Notes: a model not told the origin generated them from the sequence alone. A stretch of DNA of 46,221 nt from Actinomycetota bacterium (GCA_030679975.1 JAUXSL010000102.1:1-46221), one strand, 5' to 3'. Positions 1 to 9,306 are shown, numbered from the stretch's first letter. Translations and numbers: made by a program.

Positions 1-1
1 A

Positions 2-235
2 AAGCGCTCCCGCCGAAGCGATCTCATCGATGTCTACGCGCGCATTCATGTAGAGCGGGACTCGCAAAAAGGTATTATCATCGGTCACGGCGGGCGCGTA
101 CTCGAACAGATAGGCAGCCGGGCCAGGCGGGACATCGAAAACTTGCTCGGCAGCCAAATATATCTGGATCTGCTTGTCACTGTCACAAAAGACTGGCGAC
201 GGCAGGACAGAAAAGTCGAAGAGCTGGGATATTAG
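2..235 (+). CDS. era: GTPase Era, C-terminal KH part (runs off the window start)
   Basis: Frame 2 reads ...IHVERDSQKGIIIGHGGRVLEQIGSRARRDIENLLGSQIYLDLLVTVTKDWR..., the Era KH signature; TAG at 233-235; recO nearby. Confidence 0.93.
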   Translation, partial: KRSRRSDLIDVYARIHVERDSQKGIIIGHGGRVLEQIGSRARRDIENLLGSQIYLDLLVTVTKDWRRQDRKVEELGY

Positions 236-245
236 AGGGGACAAC

Positions 246-914
246 TTGGAAGACATAGCTAAGCTTATCGACCATACGACGCTCGGTTCGGATGTGGATA
301 TAAAGAAAATAAAGCAGTTATGCGCGGAAGCCCGCCAGTACGGCTTTAAGTCGGTTTTTCTCCAGCCGTGCCGGGTTGAGCTTGCGGTGGAGCAGGTATG
401 GGGAACCGGTGTTCATGTCGGCACGGTGTCGGGTTTTCCTTTTGGCGCCAATAATACCGAAACCAAGGCAGCTGAAGCGGCTCTAGCCGTCGCCCAGGGC
501 GCTGACGAGCTCGACATGGTCATAAACGTCGGGTGGATAAAGGACGGTCGCTGGGAAGCCGTCGAGGCGGACATAGGCCAAGTGGTGCACGCTTGCCGGC
601 AGGCAGGCGCCGGGCGCGAGATATCGGTTAAGGTGATCATTGAAACCTGCCTGCTTACAGACGACGAAAAGCGTCAGGCAGCGATGGCGGTAAAAGGAGC
701 CGGAGCGGATTTTGTCAAGACCTCGACCGGATACATGGGCCCCGGCGCTAACGTCGATGATGTGGCTTTGCTCAGGGCGGTGGTCGGGCCGGACTTCGGG
801 GTCAAGGCGTCCGGCGGGATAAGGACGCTTGAGCAGGTAAAAGCGCTAATAAAGGCGGGGGCCAACAGGATAGGCACCAGCGCCGGTGTGCAAATAATGA
901 ATGAAAACATATAA
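246..914 (+). CDS. deoC: Deoxyribose-phosphate aldolase
   Basis: IDHTTL, GFPFG, GADELDMVIN, KVIIET, FVKTSTG, VKASGGIRT, RIGTS motifs; TTG at 246 follows GAGGGG RBS (ORF track starts at 174, overlapping era). Confidence 0.95.
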   Translation: MEDIAKLIDHTTLGSDVDIKKIKQLCAEARQYGFKSVFLQPCRVELAVEQVWGTGVHVGTVSGFPFGANNTETKAAEAALAVAQGADELDMVINVGWIKDGRWEAVEADIGQVVHACRQAGAGREISVKVIIETCLLTDDEKRQAAMAVKGAGADFVKTSTGYMGPGANVDDVALLRAVVGPDFGVKASGGIRTLEQVKALIKAGANRIGTSAGVQIMNENI

Positions 915-1635
915 GACGACGGGCATCGCGATAAAGAGCCTTAGGCTGGGCGAAGCCGACAAGATAATCACTTTTCTGACCGCCGGGGGCAAGGTCTCCG
1001 CTGTTGCCAAGGGGATACGGCGGACAAGCAGTAAATTCGGCGGCCGGCTGGAACCAGGCAACGATCTCGAACTGGTTTTAGCTCGTGGGCGCGCGCTTGA
1101 TACGGTTACTCAGGTCAGCATAAAGAAGGCCCGGCCGTGGTTGTGGAACGATCTCGACAAGCTCGAAGTCGCCTTCGCCATACTTGAACTTGCGGATAAG
1201 CTCACCCCCGAGGCGGTCGAAGGGGACCGCTTGCTCGAATTAACGGCGGCTGCGCTTGATAGGCTGGAGGTCGAGTTGCGGCTACCCTTGCTTTTACTTG
1301 CTTTTGACATAAAGGCCTTGGCGATGACTGGTTTTCTTCCATATTTTAGCGCCTGTGTTACCTGCGGGGGGAAGACAGGTCTTAATCAAATAGGTCAGGC
1401 CGAGGGCGGGGTTATCTGTGATAACTGTTTCAGCGGGCAGCGGTCGGTTAAGGTGGGGAAAGAAGCCAAGGAGCTGGTCAGGCAGCTGCTGGGAGTGCGT
1501 CTTCTTAATCTTGATTCAGTCATGACCCACACAGGCATAATAAACGAGGTAAGACGGATAGTCTGGGAGCATGTTATGTATCACGTGCACGCGGATTTTA
1601 GGGCGAGAACCGGGGCGGGGACAAGTGGCCGATAA
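901..1635 (+). CDS. recO: DNA repair protein RecO
   Basis: LGEADKIITFLT..GKVSAVAKGIRR N-terminal OB fold, CxxC...CxxC zinc finger; era-recO synteny. Confidence 0.93.
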   Translation: MKTYKTTGIAIKSLRLGEADKIITFLTAGGKVSAVAKGIRRTSSKFGGRLEPGNDLELVLARGRALDTVTQVSIKKARPWLWNDLDKLEVAFAILELADKLTPEAVEGDRLLELTAAALDRLEVELRLPLLLLAFDIKALAMTGFLPYFSACVTCGGKTGLNQIGQAEGGVICDNCFSGQRSVKVGKEAKELVRQLLGVRLLNLDSVMTHTGIINEVRRIVWEHVMYHVHADFRARTGAGTSGR

Positions 1636-2707
1636 GACGGGCGCGCTACCTCTGGCGACCAGGGCCGGGCGCATTTTGCAGCGCTTCGGCTTCAGCTTGT
1701 TTTCGGGCGGGGACGGATTGATCGACTGGTACGAAGTGTCCGGTACGGCTATCGATGTTGGCGGTGAGGACTGGAGTCAGGCGTCAGTCGATCCCGGCGC
1801 GGCCGGCGAATTCGAAGAGTATGTTAACAGGGTCTCTCCGCACGTCGCGGAATTCACCGGGCTTTCATTAGCTAAGCCTCTGCCCGCGCCGGTCATATTC
1901 AATCGAAGCGAATGGATAGTCACCGCTGTCACCAACTTAAGACCGCTTTTGGAGTCGCTGCTCGGCGGCATATTGGAACACCCCACGCACCTCTTGCGCG
2001 CGGCAATCGGCGCTGAGATCGGGCTGGTAATCGGTTATCTGTCGGGAAGGGTCTTGGGCCAATACGACTCGCCGTTGATGGGCGGCGCCGCCGGCCGCGG
2101 ATCGATCTACTTTATTCATCCGAATATTCTGGAGGCGGAAAGACGATTAGCCCTGGCGCCCCGTGATTTTAGGCTTTGGCTGGCGTTGCACGAAGTCACA
2201 CATGGATTTCAGTTGGAAGCAAACCCCTGGATCAAAGACTATCTTAAAGAGCTCATAGAGGAGCAGGCCGGATATTTAAGAGCCCGCTTGGCTCGGGAGG
2301 CCGGAAACGGAATCCTCTTTGCAAAGCACCTGCGCCGTTTGATTTCGCCTGAAGAAAATCCGATGATGGCCAAAGCCCAGGCGCTCATGTCCGTTCTTGA
2401 GGGCTATAGCGAATATGTGATGGAAACGGCGGGGGTCGACATCATCGGCGACAGCAGCGACATTGCGGCTGTCCTGGATGAAGCGCGCCGCTCCAAAAGC
2501 CGGCCCTATCAGCTGATTGAAAGATTGATCGGTCTGGACATTAAAATGCGGCAGTACCGGTCAGGCTATCTCTTCATAAAGCAGGCCGCCGACGCGGGCG
2601 GCATGAGTTTGGCGAATCTGGTCTGGCGGGGTCCCGGCAACATGCCGACGCTAACGGAACTGAGCCGGCCGGACCTGTGGATAGCGCGCATGTTCAAGAC
2701 CCAATGA
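1625..2707 (+). CDS. Zinc-dependent metalloprotease of the actinobacterial zincin-like (DUF2342-type) family
   Basis: LGQYD, LALHEVTH (HExxH), MSVLEGYSEYVM, KMRQY..G, PTLTEL..PDLWI motifs; GTG start at 1625 inferred. Confidence 0.8.
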   Translation: MADKTGALPLATRAGRILQRFGFSLFSGGDGLIDWYEVSGTAIDVGGEDWSQASVDPGAAGEFEEYVNRVSPHVAEFTGLSLAKPLPAPVIFNRSEWIVTAVTNLRPLLESLLGGILEHPTHLLRAAIGAEIGLVIGYLSGRVLGQYDSPLMGGAAGRGSIYFIHPNILEAERRLALAPRDFRLWLALHEVTHGFQLEANPWIKDYLKELIEEQAGYLRARLAREAGNGILFAKHLRRLISPEENPMMAKAQALMSVLEGYSEYVMETAGVDIIGDSSDIAAVLDEARRSKSRPYQLIERLIGLDIKMRQYRSGYLFIKQAADAGGMSLANLVWRGPGNMPTLTELSRPDLWIARMFKTQ

Positions 2708-2711
2708 TCGC

Positions 2712-4007
2712 TCAGGGAGAGAGCTCGGCCCTTACCTTTTGATAAAACGTCTTGTCTTCGCGCCCCAAGCGCCAGATAGCTATGCCGGCGAGGTCGTATT
2801 TCACGGCCAAGGCGATTTTTGCTTCAAGGCTGCGGCTATTTTCAAACCAGACCGTATGCGCCCCCGAACCATCGTTGTAACGGAAGAAGGATGAAGCCGA
2901 TCGCGCGTCCCACTCGATCGGGGCCTGACTTGAGAGCGATTTTGCGGCGGCCTCATCATGGACGACGCTCCTAGCGCGTCCGGCGCCGCCCCAGTCGTAT
3001 CCGTAGAGAGGAACGCCGAGAATAAGTTTTTTCCGGGGAATCTTAGTCAATGAAAAAGCAATCACTTTTTCCACCCAATCGATGGCCGCGATAGGCCCCG
3101 GCGGACCCGCCGCGTAATGCTGATCGTAAGCCATCACCCGGACGAAATCGGCTGAAGCGCCGATGGCCGCATAGTCATGGCTCTGGGCCCCGTTCCAGTT
3201 GCCGGGCTCAAAGGTCTTGGCGTTCACGGTCACAACCAGCTGCTTGCCCGCTTCATGGACTTTGGCGGACAGTTCCTGAATAAAGCGGCTGAAGATGTCT
3301 TTGTCCGAGGCGGGCAGGTTTTCATAGTCTATGTCGATCCCGTCATACAGTGGATTGCGGACCTTGGCCATGATCTGCTCGATATGCGCGGCTCTCCCGG
3401 CATCGTCATTGAGTATCGCGCTGATCGGCGGGCCCTCGGCGGTGGCGATGGTCGGGATTATGGCCATGCGGCGGGCTTTGATCCGGGCCAGAACATCATT
3501 ATTTTCCGCTCCGGGCGAATTGGCGACGCCGCCATCCGGCGCGACCCCATACCAGAATGGATTCACCTCAGTTAGAGCGTCCGGAAATTCGTCGACCACC
3601 CTCATGCCCTCCGTCATATCCCAAAAAGGCAGCCAGCCGGAGACGATCTTTCTTGGCGGGGCGTTTCCGGGGGCCGCGGTCGTGTCGGTCGGCGCGGTCG
3701 TGTCGGTCGGCTCGGTAGCCGTCATCACGGGGGCGGCGCTTGCCGAAGGCTGTGGCTTTTTACGGGCGGCTGCCGTCAGCTCCGGCGGCTGGTCCGGCGT
3801 TAACGGCCAAATTTCCCCGGCGGTCTGACGGCGGTGGGGAAATGAGGCGGAGTGCCGGGTTGCGGCGGGGGCCGGTTGCGGCGGGGGCAGCGAGCCTATC
3901 AATACTATCGCCAAGATAATAATCAGTCTCGCGGTGTGGACGGATCGCCAAGACCTGCTCAAAATCCGAATTTTGTTAAAGTCTGCGAAGTTGAAAAAAG
4001 TCATCAC
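2712..4007 (-). CDS. Glycoside hydrolase family 18 protein with N-terminal membrane anchor and Pro/Thr-rich linker
   Basis: DGIDIDYE catalytic DxDxE motif, VMAYD, LGVPLYGYDW, GIAIWRLG. Confidence 0.88.
   Translation of the reverse strand: MMTFFNFADFNKIRILSRSWRSVHTARLIIILAIVLIGSLPPPQPAPAATRHSASFPHRRQTAGEIWPLTPDQPPELTAAARKKPQPSASAAPVMTATEPTDTTAPTDTTAAPGNAPPRKIVSGWLPFWDMTEGMRVVDEFPDALTEVNPFWYGVAPDGGVANSPGAENNDVLARIKARRMAIIPTIATAEGPPISAILNDDAGRAAHIEQIMAKVRNPLYDGIDIDYENLPASDKDIFSRFIQELSAKVHEAGKQLVVTVNAKTFEPGNWNGAQSHDYAAIGASADFVRVMAYDQHYAAGPPGPIAAIDWVEKVIAFSLTKIPRKKLILGVPLYGYDWGGAGRARSVVHDEAAAKSLSSQAPIEWDARSASSFFRYNDGSGAHTVWFENSRSLEAKIALAVKYDLAGIAIWRLGREDKTFYQKVRAELSP
3675..3710. repeat. Tandem 2 x 18-bp coding repeat (PTDTTA twice) in the GH18 linker
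   Basis: CGCGGTCGTGTCGGTCGG repeated at 3675-3692 and 3693-3710. Confidence 0.9.
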
Positions 4008-4055
4008 CGACCTAAATAAGATGGTCGCTATATTATAAAGAGCTGGGGGTTTACG

Positions 4056-5423
4056 TCAAGGCAAGCTCAATAATTCCTTGGTTAAATCGACTCCAGCGGC
4101 GGCCGGGCTCATGATCCGGTCGATCGAGAGCCGCGAGCCGGCCAGGTCGATTAGGCGGCCCGGAGCGGCATCGTCAAGTAATTTCACTTTCGGCCGCAAC
4201 AGATCATCCCGGTTCTCGCCGACAACCAGGGCCACTTGATCGGTGTTAAGCCTGACGACGCTGCCTACGGGATAGACCCCTAAAGATTTAACGAACAGAT
4301 TCAATAAAGCGGGGTCGAAAGCTTGCGGCATGACGCATAGCATGTAGTTCAAGGCCTCGGTAGGCAGAGACGGTTCGTGGTACGACCGCCTGGACGTGAG
4401 GCCGTCGTACGTATCGGCGATCTGAACGATCCGGCTAAACAGGTGCGGCGTCCGCCCTTCGGCGCGGACCGGATAACCACTAAGATCGTAGCCGATATGA
4501 TGTTCAAAGGCGACGATGAGCGCCGATGGCTCCAGACTGGGCAGGCCCGACAATATCTGCGTGCTTTCGATAGGATGTCTCTTCATTAACCGCCATTCCT
4601 CAGCGGTCAGCCGGCCGGGCTTGTTGATGATCTCTTTCGGTATATTTACCTTACCTATATCGTGAAGAAGGGCTCCCGTAGCCAGCCAGACAAGGCGCTG
4701 CCGGTTCAAGCCTAGTCGGTGGGCCAAAGCCACAGCCAACATTGCCACGTTGATTGAGTGGTGACACGTGTATTCATCATGTTCCTTGAGGGCTGTCAGC
4801 GCCAGTATTGTTGAATCGCCCGTCCCAAGGCTGCCCACAAGCCATTCAACGATTGCGTCGACCCTGTCGATCGCGACCGGTCGATCGTCGCCCGCCTGGT
4901 CGAAGATCTCGCTCAAACCGGTTACAGCCACATTGTATTGACGCTCGTGCCTCTGGAGCGGATTGGCTCGACTTGTTGCGTCGCCGTGCTCAGACTCCAC
5001 CGAGAGCAGACGCTTGACTTCAATGTGGCTGATTTCAGCCTGAGCCAAAGCGCGCGCGAGATCGGCGCCTTCGGGACCGTTTTCCTTCGTCAATAAACTT
5101 AAGAATCCGGCGAGTTCTCCTTGCGTCAGACCCGACAGGAAGGCGATCCTGTTGATTTTTTTATTGGCGCAGGTTTTTATCAGCGTCGCGCATGAGAGGC
5201 TTTCTTCTACCAGAAGATCATGTTCGAAAAAAATCTCGCCGGCGGAGAAGCTTAGGACCAGCTGTGGCTTTGATTTTAAGAAAGCGACGATATGTTCCCA
5301 GAGCTGCTCGATTTCGTTTTGGGTCTGCGGGTGGCCCATCGGGTAGAAAGATATAGTCTTGGAACAGGCCATCAGGGACGACACGATCTTTTTCACGAGA
5401 GCCATCGGATTTTTAGACGCCAT
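4056..5423 (-). CDS. HD-GYP domain cyclic-dinucleotide phosphodiesterase
   Basis: HDEYTCHHSINV, LLHDIGK, EHHIGYDLSGYP, IADTYD motifs. Confidence 0.9.
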   Translation of the reverse strand: MASKNPMALVKKIVSSLMACSKTISFYPMGHPQTQNEIEQLWEHIVAFLKSKPQLVLSFSAGEIFFEHDLLVEESLSCATLIKTCANKKINRIAFLSGLTQGELAGFLSLLTKENGPEGADLARALAQAEISHIEVKRLLSVESEHGDATSRANPLQRHERQYNVAVTGLSEIFDQAGDDRPVAIDRVDAIVEWLVGSLGTGDSTILALTALKEHDEYTCHHSINVAMLAVALAHRLGLNRQRLVWLATGALLHDIGKVNIPKEIINKPGRLTAEEWRLMKRHPIESTQILSGLPSLEPSALIVAFEHHIGYDLSGYPVRAEGRTPHLFSRIVQIADTYDGLTSRRSYHEPSLPTEALNYMLCVMPQAFDPALLNLFVKSLGVYPVGSVVRLNTDQVALVVGENRDDLLRPKVKLLDDAAPGRLIDLAGSRLSIDRIMSPAAAGVDLTKELLSLP

Positions 5424-7356
5424 TCTTGCTCGCCTCTATTTGGAGCAGTGCATTCGCGGCCGCCCCCGCTAATCGAGCCTGTTTTGCTCTGAAAAACATA
5501 GCTCTGGCTCCCGCGATCTTGCTGAGATGCCGGATTGACTGTTCCGCTCTTAGCCGCCCCAGAGCCCGGATAGCTTCAATTTTGACGTCGACCCGGCGTC
5601 TGAAGAAATCGCTTTCCTTGACGAGGCCTATCAAGATTTCCAATACACTCGGGTGGCTGATGTTGGCGATGGCTCTAATCGCTTCAAGCTGGATATTGAG
5701 GTCTTTGTCACGGAGCAGGCTTAGAATTACGGGGATTGCCGGGGGTCCGATGCTAGATGATGCTTTAACAGCCTCGCTCCTTACCCTGGGGTCGGGATGA
5801 GATGTGGTTTTTTGAAGATATTCGGCGGCGTTTGCGCCGCCGATTTGACCCAGGATAGAGACGACGTTTCGCACCAAATACCAGCGGTGGTCCATTATTT
5901 TGCTTCCGAGGCCCGCAATATCGGCTTGGCCGCAGTCTGCGAGGACCCGACAGAGCAGGCGCCGGCGGCCTTGACTCTTTTCCACCGCGAGCATATCGAG
6001 AAGAGTGAGAACGCCCGTATTGCCGATAAGCGTTATATATTCGACGGCTTGGCCAATTTGCGGGTTCGCCTGGTTTTCAAGCCGGGACAAGAGGGTGGCG
6101 ATCTTGCTCTGGTCACCCGCGTTTCGCACTATCTCTTTGAGAATCGAATAGTTTTCCGGCTCGTCCGCCCGCTTGCTCATCTCATTGATGATAATTGCCA
6201 AGGCGTCGGTGGCAACGTCAAGGCGCTGCTCTTTGAACGCGGAGAAGAGCAGGCGTTGGACCGCCGAGGAAGCGTATGCGAGACGCGATGCGTCGATCTC
6301 CATTGCCAAGACTTCGGATAAAGCAGCCAGCGCCCCCTTTTCGACTAGCGCTTTGTTCATCTCGGCACTTTCTTTTTCAATCCTGGCAAAGTCTTGTTGA
6401 TCGACCGCTGTGGCTTGCTCCGCGATCTTGGCAGCGTTCGCGCTTTCTACCGGCGCAGGTTCCGCCGTCTCATTTATGCGGGCGGACGTCTTGTCCTCGG
6501 CGCCCTCCAGGCTGCCGCCACTTAGCATAGCGTTTAATTCGTTCCAAACGGGTTCCTTTAAGAGCGACAGAGCCTCCTTTAGGTTGCTATAGAGGGAGGT
6601 TTGTTCGTCCGCTAATTCCCGCTTAATGACGGAATAGATCTTCGGTAGGGCGTTTGTATAAATGGCGGACGCTCCGCCCATTCCGTGTGCGACGTCGCCA
6701 AGCTTTTGCAGGAAATCGGATAATTGTTCAGGTCCCTGTTCTAAGTGTCTCTTAATAAGCTGGCGCTCCGGTTCCGACAGAGCGTCTTTGGATAAAATGC
6801 TTTTATAGGCGGTAAGGTCAATTTCATACTCGGCACTGGCGATATCTTCGTTTCCCGGCTCAGCGGCTTGGTCGAGCTTAAGAGAGGCGTGAGAAACTGT
6901 TATCGCCCTCATCTGTTTTTGCCAGAGCAGCTCCGTGACGCCGCCGGCTTTGAAAACGTCGTCAGCATCCATGCAGGCGATCATCAAAAAATCTACAAGC
7001 TGCGAGCGGTCGATGTCGGCCCGGATGGACAGACGGTCAAGTTTAAGGCGATAAAGTTGAAGCGCCAGGGACTTCATGCCGGGTGAAGTTGAGCCGACCG
7101 GTTGGCCGTCGATCAATAACGCATCGCGTTTGATCATTAAACCCAAATACTCGTGGTGGTTGAAATATTCCGACAGGAGAAACCAAAGTTTATCGATAGC
7201 CGACTTTGTGGTCGCATGATTTGCCGGATAGAGCTGAAGGCATTTCAAGGCGATATTGACTTGTTTTAATAGCGGCTCAAAGTCCGAATGCAGAGGCCGG
7301 GAAGAGTTGCTGATTGTGTTGTTCATCGTCTTAATATTTTCGGCAAGGCGCGCCAT
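5413..7356 (-). CDS. HEAT-repeat protein, co-oriented with and overlapping the HD-GYP gene
   Basis: C-terminal HEAT/PBS-like repeats (WYLVRNVVSILG, HPDPRVRSEAV, VKIEAIRALG). Real start probably ATG 7356 or 7326; the 717-aa ORF call extends into a repeat element. Confidence 0.8.
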   Translation of the reverse strand: MARLAENIKTMNNTISNSSRPLHSDFEPLLKQVNIALKCLQLYPANHATTKSAIDKLWFLLSEYFNHHEYLGLMIKRDALLIDGQPVGSTSPGMKSLALQLYRLKLDRLSIRADIDRSQLVDFLMIACMDADDVFKAGGVTELLWQKQMRAITVSHASLKLDQAAEPGNEDIASAEYEIDLTAYKSILSKDALSEPERQLIKRHLEQGPEQLSDFLQKLGDVAHGMGGASAIYTNALPKIYSVIKRELADEQTSLYSNLKEALSLLKEPVWNELNAMLSGGSLEGAEDKTSARINETAEPAPVESANAAKIAEQATAVDQQDFARIEKESAEMNKALVEKGALAALSEVLAMEIDASRLAYASSAVQRLLFSAFKEQRLDVATDALAIIINEMSKRADEPENYSILKEIVRNAGDQSKIATLLSRLENQANPQIGQAVEYITLIGNTGVLTLLDMLAVEKSQGRRRLLCRVLADCGQADIAGLGSKIMDHRWYLVRNVVSILGQIGGANAAEYLQKTTSHPDPRVRSEAVKASSSIGPPAIPVILSLLRDKDLNIQLEAIRAIANISHPSVLEILIGLVKESDFFRRRVDVKIEAIRALGRLRAEQSIRHLSKIAGARAMFFRAKQARLAGAAANALLQIEASKNGV

Positions 7357-7399
7357 TGTTGTTAGGGAATTTACCGCCGGTTGGGATTGGGAATATCTA

Positions 7400-7605
7400 G
7401 GAGTCTGTCTAAGTACTCCCGACGATAGCGAAAATCCGGAGGGCGAGTCGTCCGGCAAGGCGCGATAGGCCTCGGGGTCCCCGCGAGGCGGACTTTGTCT
7501 CGTGGGGCAAGGCGACGCGTAGCGGTAGCTACTCGGAGGAGTCGCAACGCAGCCGGCGGCCGGCATCCGGATTTGCAGCCGGAGTGGAGTATTTAGACAG
7601 ACTCC
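7400..7605. mobile_element. MITE-like palindromic element, family A copy 1 (206 bp), intergenic between divergent genes
   Basis: 20-bp terminal inverted repeats GGAGTCTGTCTAAGTACTCC / GGAGTATTTAGACAGACTCC (1 mismatch), flanked by TA at 7398-7399 and 7606-7607; homologous inverted copy at 25136-25298; no transposase. Confidence 0.9.
7474..7507 (+). repeat. 34-bp REP-like hairpin module nested in MITE A1
   Basis: GGGGTCCCCGCGAGGCGGACTTTGTCTCGTGGGG; lies in a ~43-bp segment absent from copy A2; homolog at 19798-19831. Confidence 0.85.
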
Positions 7606-7634
7606 TAGCCAAAGCCGAATTAATGCGAGGTGCC

Positions 7635-8642
7635 ATGGAAGACGCGGAGTTCGTTAGGGGCCAAATAGAAGCGCGCTTGGCCGAGCCGTATGATAAAAGC
7701 ACCGTGGATCTTAACACGGTAGCCAATGTAATCTACGTTGCGGCCGGGCAAGAGTATCTCTGGGAAACCTTCGGGCTTAGTGTCCGGGCGCCGGAGCGTG
7801 CTCTGCGCGCGAAATTTGTTGACCTGGCCCTCGAAGAGCAGCGCCAAGGGGACGTGATATCCTGCCTTTATGATCGAGATGAAACCGCATTAGAAAAAAT
7901 AGTCGCCATGCAATCAGCCTATATCACTAGATTAGCCGAATTCTATCTAACCGAGCGCGACAACGACATTAAGACTGCCTTTGAATATATCCTGGGAGAT
8001 CACTCCGCTCACTTCAGCCGGCTGGCGAGGAAATTGTCGCAAAAGGAAGGTCTGTCGCCGCTGGCTCGAACTGATTTTGACGAACGTGGCGGGAGGCCCA
8101 TCGATTTACAGTTTGTTCGGATAAAGGATTGCTTTAAGCGGCCATATGACCGCGAGGAAACCGACCCCGCGACAAAAGTGCGGGTGCGTCTGGCTCTGGC
8201 CCAGGAGTTGGCGCAGAGACGCGCCTATAAAGAGCTTGCGACTGTCAGCGGCGACAATCATCTGATTATCCTCGACCAACAGGCATGCATTATCGACAAT
8301 CTGCACATAGCCATGGTCCAATCTCTTATCGATGCGGGCGAGACTGTTTTGGAGTCCGCGTATTTAGCAGAATTAAGTCAGGTCGTTAACCTTGAGCGGG
8401 CCGTCAAGACAACGCCTCCCGGCAACATCAGAGACGTCTTTGTAAGATTCCTGGAAGAGGAGCGGCGACATCTGGCGGCAATCGGGGATATGCTGGTTGA
8501 ATATGAGGGTTGGTCCGGCCCGCAGACGGACGCCTGGCCTGTTTTAAAGACCGCAAACGATGTCGCCGCGATTGTCGCAAAGATATCCGACAGCAGTCAA
8601 AAGCTCGTTTCAAAAGCCGACGGTTGGCGGCGGGCAGCCTAG
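7635..8642 (+). CDS. Ferritin-like superfamily protein with an internal duplication
   Basis: Two similar halves (PYDKSTVD...DETALE...IKTAFEYILGDHSAH / PYDREETD...GETVLE...IRDVFVRFLEEERRH); ATG 7635 follows GAGGT RBS. Confidence 0.65.
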   Translation: MEDAEFVRGQIEARLAEPYDKSTVDLNTVANVIYVAAGQEYLWETFGLSVRAPERALRAKFVDLALEEQRQGDVISCLYDRDETALEKIVAMQSAYITRLAEFYLTERDNDIKTAFEYILGDHSAHFSRLARKLSQKEGLSPLARTDFDERGGRPIDLQFVRIKDCFKRPYDREETDPATKVRVRLALAQELAQRRAYKELATVSGDNHLIILDQQACIIDNLHIAMVQSLIDAGETVLESAYLAELSQVVNLERAVKTTPPGNIRDVFVRFLEEERRHLAAIGDMLVEYEGWSGPQTDAWPVLKTANDVAAIVAKISDSSQKLVSKADGWRRAA

Positions 8643-8715
8643 AACGCGGCCGTGAGCGGTTTGGCTCCGAGGTAGGTCGGGAACTTATAAAACAACAGTC
8701 GATCGGGGGTAAGAG

Positions 8716-9258
8716 ATGGCTGAAAAGGCATGGGTCAAGATAACCGATGAAGACCGCGAGGCAGACAAGGCGGGACAAATATACGAACAGGTAAGTGCTG
8801 CTCGCGGCAGCGGTTTCAATATGGAGCAAGCGGCCTATGTTTGGCCGGGGCTTAATGACATCCAAGAACGGGAATTCGAACTTTTTTTTGCCGGAACGCA
8901 TACAGCGCTGGGTTGCGACATTAAAGACCTTGTCGCCGTGCTCGTCTCCCAACTGAACAATTCAGATTATTGTGACGGCTGGTTTCGGGCGGCTCTTGAG
9001 CTTCGCGGTTGGTCGGATGAAAAAATAACCCACATCATGCAGGACATTGAATCCGGCCATCTCGATCCCGCCGGACGCGCCGTGTTGGTCTTGGCGGATA
9101 AAATAGTACGCCGGCCGCAATCGATCGACCCGGTCGATATCGCCGCCGCCAGAGCTGCCGGCCTGAGCGACCGGTGCATAATCGAAGTTGCCGCTTTGAC
9201 CGGATATTTAGATCATATGACCCGGCTGGCGAATGTCCTCGGGGTCATGAATGATTGA
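8716..9258 (+). CDS. AhpD/carboxymuconolactone decarboxylase-like (peroxidase-related) protein
   Basis: AWVK..EADKAGQIYE, KDLVAVLVSQLNNSDYC, ARAAGLSDRCIIE, RLANVLG pattern. Confidence 0.75.
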   Translation: MAEKAWVKITDEDREADKAGQIYEQVSAARGSGFNMEQAAYVWPGLNDIQEREFELFFAGTHTALGCDIKDLVAVLVSQLNNSDYCDGWFRAALELRGWSDEKITHIMQDIESGHLDPAGRAVLVLADKIVRRPQSIDPVDIAAARAAGLSDRCIIEVAALTGYLDHMTRLANVLGVMND

Positions 9259-9259
9259 T

Positions 9260-9297
9260 GGGGACACCATCACTTGGGCGTTTCGAATGGTGTCCCC
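9260..9297. repeat. Perfect 11-bp inverted repeat between convergent genes (REP-like or bidirectional terminator)
   Basis: GGGGACACCAT-N16-ATGGTGTCCCC. Confidence 0.7.
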
Positions 9298-9306
9298 TGA
9301 AGATAT

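Noticed and set aside
7594-7621. Sigma28/WhiG-like promoter TAGA-N16-GCCGAATT formed partly by the MITE end
   Set aside because: Both boxes deviate from TAAA/GCCGATAA; too weak to claim without TSS data
7357-7634. N-terminal extensions of the 717-aa and 352-aa ORFs, and ORFs 24939-25361 (-), 19634-19888 (+) and 7256-7468 (+)
   Set aside because: They are translations of the MITE sequences, which are open in several frames; better starts with RBS exist outside the elements
8950-8985. Possible selenocysteine in the AhpD-like redox motif
   Set aside because: The TGA seen in tattgtgac is out of frame; the ORF reads S-D-Y-C-D with no in-frame stop
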